In this document: positions 22,135-32,934 of the stretch, in pieces
Layout of the letters: the number at the start of each line of letters is the position of its first letter
How positions within the stretch are numbered: position 1 is the stretch's first letter
Assembly (NCBI GenBank): GCA_013115125.1
Contig: JABANN010000393.1
Span: 1-33,059 of the forward strand
Direction: 5' to 3'
Length of the DNA stretch: 33,059 nt
Origin: Perkinsus olseni
Taxonomy: Eukaryota
Notes under the pieces: model-generated
Seen by the model: the letters and a program-made list of their open reading frames with translations, nothing else
The model's database searches: none
Told to the model about the DNA's origin: nothing
Translations under genes and position numbers: made by a program

Positions 22135-23736
22135 TCACTGGGCCGCCGCGCCCTTCTCGTAAATCCTGGCCAGTTCATCCCGATCAGATGCCTCATCATC
22201 GCTACTGTCACTGTCACTGCTGCTGCTCCCCGATGAACTATCACTACTACTACCACTACTACTGGACCCATCATCCTCATCACGACGTTTGCGTTTCAGA
22301 GCCCGCTCGGCCTGCAGCTGCGCCACTGCCTTCTCATGCGCCACGATCTCTCGCGCCCTCTCCTCGTTCTCCTTCACCTTCTGATTGTGTAGATTGAGCA
22401 GCCGAGCAACGTACCTTTTCAAGTTGCGTTGATCACGGGGCGACATAAGATCCACATCAAGCTCGCACAGCTGACCGGTAGCGTCATCCAAGACCACACC
22501 CGGCCGACCCTTCAGTTTCTTCTCCACCACCAAAGCCAGGTCCTCTGCCGTCAGCTGATTCATATCGTCTTCCAATTTATTTTTCTCGTCTATCGTGAGA
22601 GGCAAGTGAGCCTGACTACCCCTACCCGGGCTGCCTCCCTCTGGCGGAGTCCCCGGAGACGTAGCGGGTGGCTGCGTGAGAGAGATGCCCTTATCAGCTA
22701 GCATCGCCAGCTTCTCCTGTAGCTGAGCTATCTGCTTGTTCAGGGAGTCAAGATTCTGCTCGGAATCTTTACTACCCTTAGCTCTTTTGCTACCTCTTTT
22801 CTTTTTGCCACTCTTCGACCTATGGTTCTCCTTGGCCGTATTGGTCTCCGATTGGCCCCCATCCCCCTTCGAGAAAATTGCCGCCATCACCTCAGTGGAC
22901 ACGTAGTTCTCCTTGTAGTCCTCATTATTGATCTTATACGAAGCCTTCTGCACCAAATCAGCACCCAACTTGTTCAGCCTCTCCGCCGCTTTGAACGGCC
23001 CAGAGTCGCTCGGGAAATTCCTCAGTCCATGCCTAACTATCTTATTGATGTCCTTCTCCAACGCTAAGTGGGTCTCATATTTTCCCTCCTGGACGTTCTT
23101 GCGAATCGAGGCCAGATCAGTCGGCAGCTGATAGGCTCTGGGCTTGGCCCCTTCGATCTGCTCGGGGAAGCTTGCCGTACCATACCAATAGGAAATCCTG
23201 TCCTTCTCCTGTCTCTTTTGGCCGTCCTTTTTGATGCCTTCCAGCACTCCCAGTAGAGCGGACCTTCTCGTCTCAGCAAGCCCTTCTAATTTGGGTAAGG
23301 CTATCGCCTGGTCACCTTCCTCACTCTCACTGGACGGTGGTGGACTAGCCGCCTTGCTGGGCCGCCCACGACGCTTGGGTGCCCCATTACGGAGGGTAGC
23401 AGGGGGCTGGGCAGGGCCTGGGGACCCAGGGGAGGTCGCGGCCTGGCTGGATGAGGGTGAGGAGGCAGCCTGAGTAGCCCCAACATGAACTCATCTTGAG
23501 GGATCAGTACTCACCTTCCGACGTCTAGACGCGGATTTCGCCTTTGCCTTGGCTCTTGTTCGTCTAGTGGGTGGTGATGGCGGGTCGGCAGGGTAGCCGA
23601 CTTCCTCAAACTGCATGCCGGACTCCGCAATGGAGGTGTTCAGGTCGTCAGCTTCGTCCGGGCGGAGTAGCAGCTCGCCACGATGGAGCACCTCCGAAGG
23701 CTGCTGGGCGGTGGGAGTGGAAGAGAATTGCAGCAT
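22135..23736 (-). CDS. BET-like chromatin protein: AT-hook, single divergent bromodomain, ET domain, Ser/Asp-rich tail; exons 23736-23515 and 23469-22135, 518 aa
   Basis: AT-hook PKRRGRPSK. Bromodomain LPTDLASIRKNVQEGKY...EKDINKIVRHGLRNFPSDSGPFKAAERL. ET domain PLTIDEKNKLEDDMNQL...CELDVDLMSPRDQRNLKRYV. SEED-like tail GSSSSGSSSDSSSGSSSSDSDSSDDE. One 45 nt GTGAGT-CAG intron keeps the frame. Confidence 0.85.
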
Positions 23737-23908
23737 AGTCGGCTTCCACTGAAAATGAGGACGACATGACGATCCCGACTCTCCCACGACGAGAACATGC
23801 GCGATAGGAGAGAGTGAGATACTGGAGGGATCGAACCGGGGACCTCGAGGACTGTGAAATTCCGTCACTCGCCACGAAATTGTCCTTGTGATTTGATTTT
23901 GACCTGTA

Positions 23909-24436
23909 ATGCCAACATTCCCTACTTCACCCCCCTACAGTTGCCTCCGACCAGGAGCAGCCTCCAGCAGCTCCCCCAGCTCCGAGTGGGCGTCGGCTCT
24001 CGGAGTGTCTCGGGAGGATTCAGTCGAGATTTCTGATAGAAAAAGCGAAAAATCATTCTGGTCCCCCGCCTCGATGTCCGTGCCAGTGGTCCCTAAGCTG
24101 CTCCTGAAGCAGCAGCACGAGGAAGACGCTGAACCCCACTCGGCAAGCCAGGACCCTGTGATAGAATCCCTCGAGCGAGCCTTGATCGGCCAGGTCGATG
24201 CGACAGAGTTCGACCAGGGATACAGGGGAGACCGGCTTCCGAGCTTCGACGACGGTCGCGTCGTTCCAGAGCCTCTTACTAGTCCACCATCGCTGATAGA
24301 TCTGGCGAGGCCCCGCAGTGGTCCGGTGTCCAAAGGGAATACAGAAGGCCCGTTGTGGCAGCGAAAAAGGAAGGAGTGCGAGAGGCTGAGGAGAATCATC
24401 AGGGGAAGGACTCCGTATCGGGAGGGGGTATCTTAG
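23909..24436 (+). CDS. Hypothetical protein, 175 aa ORF (may continue through an intron)
   Basis: ATG-initiated ORF with coding-like composition, divergent from the BET-like gene. Its stop codon lies inside the first GTATCTTAGGTTGA motif. Confidence 0.5.
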   Translation: MPTFPTSPPYSCLRPGAASSSSPSSEWASALGVSREDSVEISDRKSEKSFWSPASMSVPVVPKLLLKQQHEEDAEPHSASQDPVIESLERALIGQVDATEFDQGYRGDRLPSFDDGRVVPEPLTSPPSLIDLARPRSGPVSKGNTEGPLWQRKRKECERLRRIIRGRTPYREGVS

Positions 24437-24872
24437 GTTGAATCTGGCTTTACATAGGTAGCATGTACAATTTGTGTACCTGTATCTCGGAGTTTTCCCT
24501 TTGCGTTCAGTGCATCGACCAGGAGTTGTCGAAGCTCCCTGGGTGTCAGTTCATAGCTATTTCTACCTTATTGTAATTAAAGAGTATCTTAGGTTGACTC
24601 TAGTCTCATGAACTCTAGTCGTTTTCTAGTCAGGTGAAAAGCAGAGAGGATTCATCTCCCCGTGTCCTGAAGATTCCCCTTGCCTTCACTGCATCAGCAT
24701 GTGCAGAGCCCAGCAAGCGTAGTGGAGCTGTCGGTAGTAGTTCTTCCCTGTCAGAATTCAAGAGTATCTTCGGTTGATCCTAGCCTCATGGGAAGCATGT
24801 CGACCGTATCTTGGAGATTTCTGTTGCGTTCAGTGCATTAAGTTGAGCAAGACCGGTAGTAGTTCATCCCTT
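24428..24872 (+). repeat. Degenerate tandem repeat of three units starting at 24428, 24584 and 24764
   Basis: Each unit starts GTATCTT(A/C)GGTTGA and contains TTGC(G/C)TTCA(G/C)TGCAT. Units 2 and 3 share CTAG(T/C)CTCATG and CGGTAGTAGTTC(T/A)TCCCT. Units 1 and 2 end AATT(A/C)AAGA. Confidence 0.8.
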
Positions 24873-24890
24873 CCTCCCAACCCTATTATC

Positions 24891-25936
24891 ATGGCAACAG
24901 CAGTGGCCTCCCTTCCAAGCGACCATCCAGAGCCCCTCGAGGTCACCACGGTCGGCGGAGGGGCTGGTAAGGCGGCTAGCGAGGGCTACTCCAAAGTAGT
25001 GGACAAGCCCGTTCTCGACCAGGATGCGGTGCCCTTCACTCCCGATCCCGAGTTCGATCCTGAGGCGGTGGTTCGCACGGACGTCCCTGAGGTCGATGCC
25101 TTCTATTTGGACGGGATTCTCACGGAGAAGGAGTGCGACTACTTAGTCGAGCGAACTGAGAAGCTGGGTTACTCCTTCTGGGATCCCAAGCATGAAAATC
25201 CGGAAAATGACTTCCGCTCCGCCTACACTGTAGAGGTCATGCATCAGCAGCTGGCAGATTTGGTGTGGGAGAGATGCCGACGATTTGTTGAAAAAGCGGT
25301 AGTAAATATCCCGGACGATCCTGATGATCCGAACTATGAAGTGGACATTGTCGGACGGTGGGAGCCCTATGGGGTCCTCAGCAAGCTGCTATTTGCCCGG
25401 TAATAAACTGGCCTGGGCTGCCCGAGGGAATCTTAGGTTGACTCAGGTATTTGGAAGGTGGTCACTTCGCCCCGCATACTGATGGTACCAGCATAGTCGA
25501 TTTCAATAGACGAACGCTTTACACGGGGCTGCTCTACATCAACGACTGCGCCCCTGGTGACGGTGATACCAAGTTCTACTGCGACGCTCAGAAGGAGCTC
25601 GAGCTCGAGCCCAGAGGCCCTCGAGGACAGCTCAGTGGTCGGCCCGAGAACGTAGTGTTCTCAGCTCAATGCAAGCGGGGCCGGATGGTCGTGTTCTACG
25701 GCAGCAGCGTGCTTCATGAGGGCTCCTGGGCTTCGAAGAAGTACATCATCAGAACTGATATCCTCTACAAGCGCCACGACGAGCTCTGTACGGCCCCTGA
25801 GGACTTGGAGGCCTTCAACCTCTACATGGACGCCCAGCTGTTAGCAGAGAAAGGCCACTGCGACGAGGCGGCTAAGTTGTTTCGGAGGTGTTTTAGGATG
25901 AGCCCGGCCTTAGCCGAGGTCTACGGTATGATGTAG
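24891..25936 (+). CDS. Prolyl 4-hydroxylase-like 2OG-Fe(II) oxygenase with C-terminal TPR-like helix pair; exons 24891-25399 and 25447-25936, 332 aa
   Basis: LDGILTEKECDYLV, FAR|YLEGGHFAPHTDG (HxD), TGLLYIND, GRMVVF, LHEG and KYIIRTD. Tail YMDAQLLAEKGHCDEAAKLFRRCFRMSP. One 47 nt GT-AG intron restores the frame. Confidence 0.88.
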
Positions 25937-26039
25937 TCTGCTGCTGTTGTTAATACTTCTACTCGTAGTGGTAGCTTCTGTTGCGTGGAGGGCGTTTGGG
26001 TGGCAGTGGAACGACTCAGCCGTTTTTCATAATTGGCGT

Positions 26040-29000
26040 ATGTCATCTTCTAAATCACCTTCCACGACGACCTGCATGTCCTCAGCCGAAGGGGTCCTGT
26101 GTGTGCTGGACGAACCCGTCCCGGAGCTGCAGATAGTAGCTCTCAAGCAGCTGCTGAGCATGGTCGACGACTACTGGACGGAAATCGCCGACTACCTACC
26201 CCAGATAGAGTCCATGTAGTCCTCTCGGTAGGATAGGGCTGCCCGCCCTGAGCTCGCTTCAGGTACGAAGACGAGACCTTCCCCGACCGCCACTTGGCCG
26301 CGTTGTTGGCCAGCAAGGTCTTCTTCAATCTTGAAGAGTACTGTTTCCTTCCGCGAAGGGACGTGACTGAGGCTCGTTCAGGTACGACGAAGCCCTGCGA
26401 TATGCTCTGGGAGCTGGAAGCCTGCTCGATGTCACCGCGAGGAGCGCTGATGAGTATACGGACACTATCGTGTCCAAGGCCATAGACGCGTATGTCCGTC
26501 ACCGCAACAGAGGTAGTCGGACAGGTGGGAAGGGGTTAGGGGCAGTCTGTGTGATGCCAGGTGACGAGGATGTTACTGATGGTTCGGGGGAGAAGCAGGA
26601 GGACTTCGACCCTCGGGTGGAGACGCTAGTGCAGACTCTCATGAAGGACGCTTTGGAGAAGGGTGACCTCAAGCAAGGTACTATCGTGCGGTTGTCTGTT
26701 ATGGTAAGACTGAGAGGTATTACGGTAGGGCTTGGGGTGGCCCTGGAGGCCCAGCGACTGGACTGGGTGGAGAGGTTCATCACTGACAAGGAGTCTCGCG
26801 TAGCTGAGATGCTGTTGTATTGCAAGAGTGAGCTCATCTGTGGCGGCCATGGGCGTTGGAAAGATTCCCTTCTCTCAGCGAACGCCTTGGAGGTGGTGGA
26901 TGACCGCCATTTTCGTGGCAAGGTGCTTGAGATGCTCATCAAGATCTACAAAACTGGTGAGCTGCCCTCGCCCTTCCCGGTGACTTACTCCCATACTCCG
27001 ATCCCATTCAGTCCCCGCTGGTCGTGATCGTGACTGGGCGGGCCTGGCGCAGTGTTACTTCCTTCTCAACCGACCCGAGGAGGTCGGCGCCATGCTCCGA
27101 GAACTGCTGGACAACCATGATAAGTAGCACCCTTGCACGACAGTCTCGGTTGGTGTGATGACGGCTCTCAGATTCGGCCGATTGACGGCTATGCAAATCG
27201 CCTTCGATCTGGCTGACAGCGAAGCCCAGCAGTTCTGTCAGACAGTGTCGGCCTGTGAGAATCTGAAGATTCCGCAGGAGGAATCTAAGGTTGAAGGTGG
27301 TGAGAGTCAGAGCGGAGAAGGTAGTACTGGAGCCCGCGGAGTGCTGAGTATATTGCCGGTGGTAGATGTGAAAATGGAGGATGCCAAGGAGCCTACTGCT
27401 GAGGATAAAAAGAGGGAGTGCATCGCCAACATCAAAAAGATTCTTGCCGGTGCGCTCGAGGGGGGGGTCTTGGGAAGATGGCAGTATGTTGATCGTGGTG
27501 CTGGTATTAGGTGACGCGCAGACTGATCTCAATCTCGAGTTCCTCTACCGTAACTCAGCGACAGACTTACTTTTGCTCGACGCCATTAAGGCGAACCAAC
27601 CGGATGAGAGGAACTCGGTAGTGCCTGGTTGCGGCGACGTTGTAGTCCCAGCGTTTGGGTGTCGTACTCTCATCCCCGAGGTTGTCGGTTCGATTCCACT
27701 GTGAGTGCTTTTTCTCGTCAGATCACCCATAACGGCATCGTCCTGTGCCATGCCCTCATGCAGTGCGGTACCACCAGCGATACCTTCCTTCGCGCTAATC
27801 TCGAGTGGCTCGGCAAAGCATCTTACTGGGCCAAGTTTACCGCTACTGGCAGTCTTGGAGTCATCCATAAGGTAATAGTCGGGCTGAACTCAGCCTGAAA
27901 TGCCGGGGTGCATGACTCCCTCGGGGATCGTCTGTGGGAGGGGGGCCCAATACGGGTATTGCCCGGTAACTAGACGTTGGCCTTGATGGGGCTCTTCCAG
28001 TCTGCAGGAGTTCAACTCGGACGGAGCTCATCAGACCAATCGTCAGAAAGGGTTTCCAGACCCAGCAGCGTGGTGCAGCACTCTGATAAGGAGAGAATCT
28101 TCTGAATGCAAATTTCTGAAATTTTCGGCACGTACTCGGAAGGGGGCCCACCTCAATTGGCACTTTTGGCGATCGTGGCTTCAACTACTGGAGGGTCGGC
28201 ATGTACAAGCCAGCGAGGGTCTCTCGTTCAGGGTCACCTCAGCGAGTCTCGATCGATTCTCTCCACCTACCTGCCTGCTGCTGCTGCTGCTGCCGAGGGC
28301 GCTGGTGCCTCGGGTGGGGATGCTGGTGGAGCCCAGAGCCCCAGCCCCTACAGTGAGGGTGGCGGCCTCTACGCCTTGGGGTTGATTCATGCTAACCACC
28401 ATACGACGGAGATCGTCAGCTACCTCAGGGAGATGCTGCAGCAGGTGCTTTATCCTGACCGACGCTCGAGTGTCGGGTGATGGTCGCCTTTTGTGTCAGT
28501 TTTCGGGCAGTGAAGTCCACCAAGTTGGAGCGTGCCTTGGTCTCGGCTTGACTGCCATGGGAAGTGCTGATCCCGTGGTGTATGAGGACCTCAAGAATAC
28601 CCTGTTCCAGGACAGTGCTGTCTCGGGTAAGATTGAACTTGGTTACGGGGATGCCTCCGTGGCTGAGGGCTTGGCTACTATTTCGTCCACTAAGAGGTGG
28701 ATATTCGACCGTTTGTCTGGCTGGGGACAGCAATAGTAGTACTCCCTCGTCGTCTTGATGTCTTCGGACTAGTCCCTGATGGAAGGCAGGTCGCGTTTGC
28801 GTCGTGCTATCTTCGATTGTTAGGTGAGGCTGCTGGATATGGTATGGGGTTGGTGATGACGGGCTCGGGAGATGAGACAGCTGTCAACGACCTCCTCAGT
28901 TACGCTAAGGACACGAGTCATGAGAAGGTAAAAGGGTGGTCACGTTAGAAGTCACAGGATGCCCCTGGAAAGAGAGACCATTGCCCGTGTTCAGATTATC

Positions 29001-31432
29001 CGAGCGTGTGGTATGGCTTTGGCCCTGATACAGTTCCGAAGGGAGCAGGAGGCAGAGCCCATCATCGACCAGATGGCCAACGACCAGGATGCCATCCTCC
29101 GTTACGGCGCTATGTTCATGACCGGCTTAGCGTAGGCAGCCTCGCCTCTGGCGGTGACGGTCCTTCATACAGCTCCTCAGTTACTGTGGCACGTCGCGGT
29201 CGTCGGCTATTCGTCGGCTCCTGCACTTCTCCGTCTCGGATGTGTCGGACGATGTCCGCAGAGCCGCTGTGATCTCCCTCGGTTTTGTCCTGTGCAACAG
29301 CCCCCATAGACTCCCTGGTGTACTGCGTCTGCTCAGCGAGAGTTACAACCCTCACGTGCGGTAGGCTAATATTCTTGACTTGCCAACATCGTACCACTTC
29401 TTCCCCAACTCGTAGGTATGCTGTCTGCTTGGCGATTGGCTTTGCTTGTGCTGGACAGGCGGACTCCAACCCTGATGCTGTGAAACTGGTAATATTAATC
29501 ATCATCTCTTCGATCATACCCATATCGTTCTCGAGGGTACTGCGTCCTGCTGTAGCTCTCTCACGGCCGTATCCTCTCCCATTGCTAGTACTGATTGTTA
29601 TGATCGGCCGGTGGTAGTACCCCTCTTCGCTGCCTCTTCCCTTCAGTTGGAGCCCCTCTTGAAGGATCGTACGGATTTCGTCCGCCAAGGGGCAGTCATT
29701 GGTATGGGCTTCTTATGCATGCAAACTAGTGCCGCCCAGGCCAATGGGGTGGCTACTAGGTTTAGAGCTGAGCTCATGAAGATAGCTACTGATAGACACC
29801 AGGATGTCTCCGTGCGGTAGCGAGTATCTTAGGTTCAACCACGCTCGCTACGGATACTGTCAGGTTCGGAGCAATCGTGGCTTTTGGTATCATGGACTGT
29901 GGTGGTCGTAACGAGACGGCCTCCTTCTTCAGCAAGGCGGGGACGCTCAGGATGGGTGCTGCTGTGGGCTTTGCCTTGTTCGCCCAGATGTGGTACGTAG
30001 GGAAGGGGTATCTTGAGGTTGACTCTGGTTCAACTCAAGGCGTATCTTTCGTGCGCGTCCTTGTTGCTCATAGTGGACGGGAAGGAGTGTTGAAGTCTTC
30101 TTATCTAGTTCTTCTGAGCTTACTCTGGAGTCCAGGGGATGAGCTATGCACCCACACGGGATTGTCGGCGATTGTTCTCCACCTCAGGTACTGGTATCCG
30201 CTGATCCTCTGTTTGAGTTTGAGCTTCTCCCCGACGGCGTTGATCGGTCTGAATGAAGACATGAAGATGCCGAAGATGTTCGCAGTCCAAAGTTTAGCGA
30301 AACCCTCGCAGTTTGCTTACCCCCCTCCAACTCAGCCAACGGTAGTACTGCCTCGCCATCCCACAGCAGTCCGGGGTTCAATCCCTGGCGTCGCCGTTTT
30401 TTATGGAATTTTCTCGCCAGGCGAAGTCTGATACCAAAAAGTCCACTATTTCTGTGAAGCTCTCGACCGCTCATAAGGCCGGCAAGAAGTCCACAGCGGC
30501 TACGAAGGGGGCCAAGTCGAAGCAGGTGGGTCGAGGTGACTTCCTATGGGGGTTGAACATCGCCATAATCTCAGACGCCCCCCTCTGCTTCGGAGATTGC
30601 CAAGCCGACTGAGATCTCCAGCGTGGCCGCTACAGCGGGTGGTACTACGGACCAGGTAGAAGGGTAGTTAGGGGAATGGTGGAGGGGACTTGCTGTGCTC
30701 GGCAGGCTTCTGAGGGCTCCGGAGCCGCGCCCATGGACGTCGATAAGAAGACTGGTGAGGGCAAGGCTGAGATCACCGAGGCGACCGAACAAACACTGTG
30801 AGCTTTCCGGGCTAACCACGTTCGGCGGGGGACTGCCTGTTTGTCAGATACAATCCCTCTCGTGTGGTACCAGCACAGGAGTCGAGCATAAGATTCTATC
30901 AAGCTGGGGAGATGATGCCGCCGAGAGGTGCCAGGAAGGAGCAGCAGAAGGTAGTGCTGGGGGCGGAGCGAAGCGTTGAATGTTTCCCTTTTTTGGTACT
31001 CCAGGTTCGATATTTGCCGGTGTTGTCCGACGGCACTCGCAGGTCTGGTTTCCTGATGCTGGATGACCTGTTCCCTGAGGAGCCCGAGGAAGTACGCGAC
31101 CTCATCACAGGGACTGTGCAGCGGGGATCGTTCCGTTTCAGATACTCACCTTCTCCGACCAGGTCACTGCCACCGCTTCGGATGGTAAGAAGGATGAGGA
31201 TAAGACGAAGACAGAGAACGTCGCCGCTGAGGAAGAAGGTTAGTTGGATGCCGAGGAGAGGCTGAAGGTTGATTGCGTTCTTTCAGGCGGCAAGTCAAAG
31301 ACTACTGATAAGCCTGATGATGGCGGGTCTAAGCCCTCTGGTAGGCCTTTCTGACCATGGTACGCGGGGTGATTCTTCTCCTCAGGAGAGGCGCAGCCAC
31401 CGGCGAGTTTCGATCTTCCCGATACTTTCTAA
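26040..31432 (+). CDS. RPN2: 26S proteasome non-ATPase regulatory subunit 1 (RPN2/PSMD1), roughly 20 or more exons
   Basis: [146 protein letters not shown] and RYLPV. C-terminus [14 protein letters not shown] with TAA at 31430-31432. Confidence 0.96.
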
Positions 31433-31835
31433 TGCCCACTATGATGATGATGGGCTGCAGTGTTGTTGTGATGATGGTGATGAGTATACACTTCGTAAGG
31501 CAGTCGACTACTGTTTCCAACGACAGCGGCCTGGTTGAGTTGCACAGTCGGGATCGGAGGCCTAGGCTCGGCAAGTTGTATTGACCGAATGAGCGGCCCC
31601 GAGGTCAGCTCGGACCTGGTGAGTTGCGTGAAGGCAGCTACGAAAGGCTGTCATATATGCTTGTGGTAAGCATTGAATGCACGACGGGAGAAGCCACTCG
31701 GTTGGGGATAGGTATCCGACAGATGAAGCACCGTCGGTCGGTGGTGATTGGATAGTAGATTACGACGAGATTGAGGAAGGGGAAGGTGGGCCTGACTTTG
31801 CTATCGACCCTGAGGATAGCCTACTGACAGTGTAA
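31432..31835 (+). CDS. Possible small spliced hypothetical protein with hydrophobic N-terminus and acidic C-terminus
   Basis: [21 protein letters not shown] at the start, a GTGAGT donor at ~31619, and a last exon YPTDEAPSVGGDWIVDYDEIEEGEGGPDFAIDPEDSLLTV*. Could partly be RPN2 3'UTR. Confidence 0.3.
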
Positions 31836-32138
31836 GGCTGGAGGGGGGGCAAAGCGGGGAAGCGCTTGAGTCGAATCAGACAACGATTGGAGTCGTGCGC
31901 TTCCCGCCACGATTACCGTGGATTCCTAAGACGGTTTTGAAAGTTGGGCTTTCAAAAACCTGTTTTCGTGTCGATGAAGGCTGGTCGACTATCTCCCTAT
32001 TTTTGCACCAGTACTGCGACTGGGATGGGAAAGATAAAATCGTTACTTATACTGCCACTAAACTAGAATGACATATCGTCATTCTCCCCGCCGGGTGCTC
32101 TCAGGCGTAATGTCACCAGCGAGCCGCGAACCTACTAT

Positions 32139-32934
32139 CTATCGTTGCAGAAGGGTCATCTTCTGACGGAAGATGGAGATGTTCTCGAGACGGGTGAGAG
32201 TCGGGACGACAGTGGCCTTCACGCGGACACCACAACGGTAACCTCGTATCGTGGGAGAATTGGTTCACTAAGGAATCGCACATCTGTCAGATAATTTCCC
32301 TGATCCCTCCCATGAAACTGGTCGATGTTGGATACATATCATGTGATGATATTCGTGGTGAGTTGGGGACGCTTTCCAAGCGGGGGAATTCACTCGACAA
32401 GAAGGGCGAATTGTAGAAAGGCTACTTGGACTTATCCGCCATCACTACCAGAACGCCACAGGCGATGAGTTTATGGGGAAATGCACTCACACTACGCCTC
32501 CCGGAAAAAAGGAAATCCATGCGCTGCAATGGTCGTGAGGCCGCCGAAACACTTGGCAGTTTAGTCATACTGCAAATCGGTAGAGCTTCGTGCAACTGTA
32601 GACGGTAGATAGAGAGTAGGCGAGAAGTTGTAGGCGTAGAAGGCTGTGACTGAGCTAGCACACTCGCAGAATGCGTGCCTGATGGGACGTAGCTTTGAAT
32701 ACCCCTCTACCTCCCGTTGCCTTGTCTGCTACAGAGGCCCGTCGCGCTGCCCAAAACTCTCAAGATCAGGGCTAGTGTGATCCAATCGGGTGCACGGCGT
32801 TGTCTACCCTCGATGCGTACCTCGTATTCACTGGGCTCGAACTCATACGACGGAACTTCTGTGGCGACAATCATCTCGCCTGCCCGAGGCGTGTATTCGG
32901 CTCTCTTTGCCGATGGCTCAACATGAGCATTACC
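32139..32934 (-). CDS. Possible multi-exon hypothetical gene
   Basis: Exon-like pieces MIVATEVPSYEFEPSEYE, VSNIDQFHGRDQGNYLTDVRFLSEPILPRYE and ATVVPTLTRLENISIFRQKMTLLQR* with candidate splice sites. No homology recognised. Confidence 0.3.

Noticed and set aside
24428-24872. CRISPR-like array
   Set aside because: Eukaryotic context, long irregular period, inter-motif segments homologous to each other, and no cas genes.
28744-28785. Box C/D snoRNA in an RPN2 intron (TGATGT...CTGA)
   Set aside because: Imperfect C box and only ~15 nt between boxes.
26040-31432. Frameshifts, stop-codon reassignment or pseudogenes suggested by fragmented ORFs (also ABC1, NPRL3, ankyrins)
   Set aside because: The breaks I checked are resolved by short GT-AG introns that restore conserved motifs.
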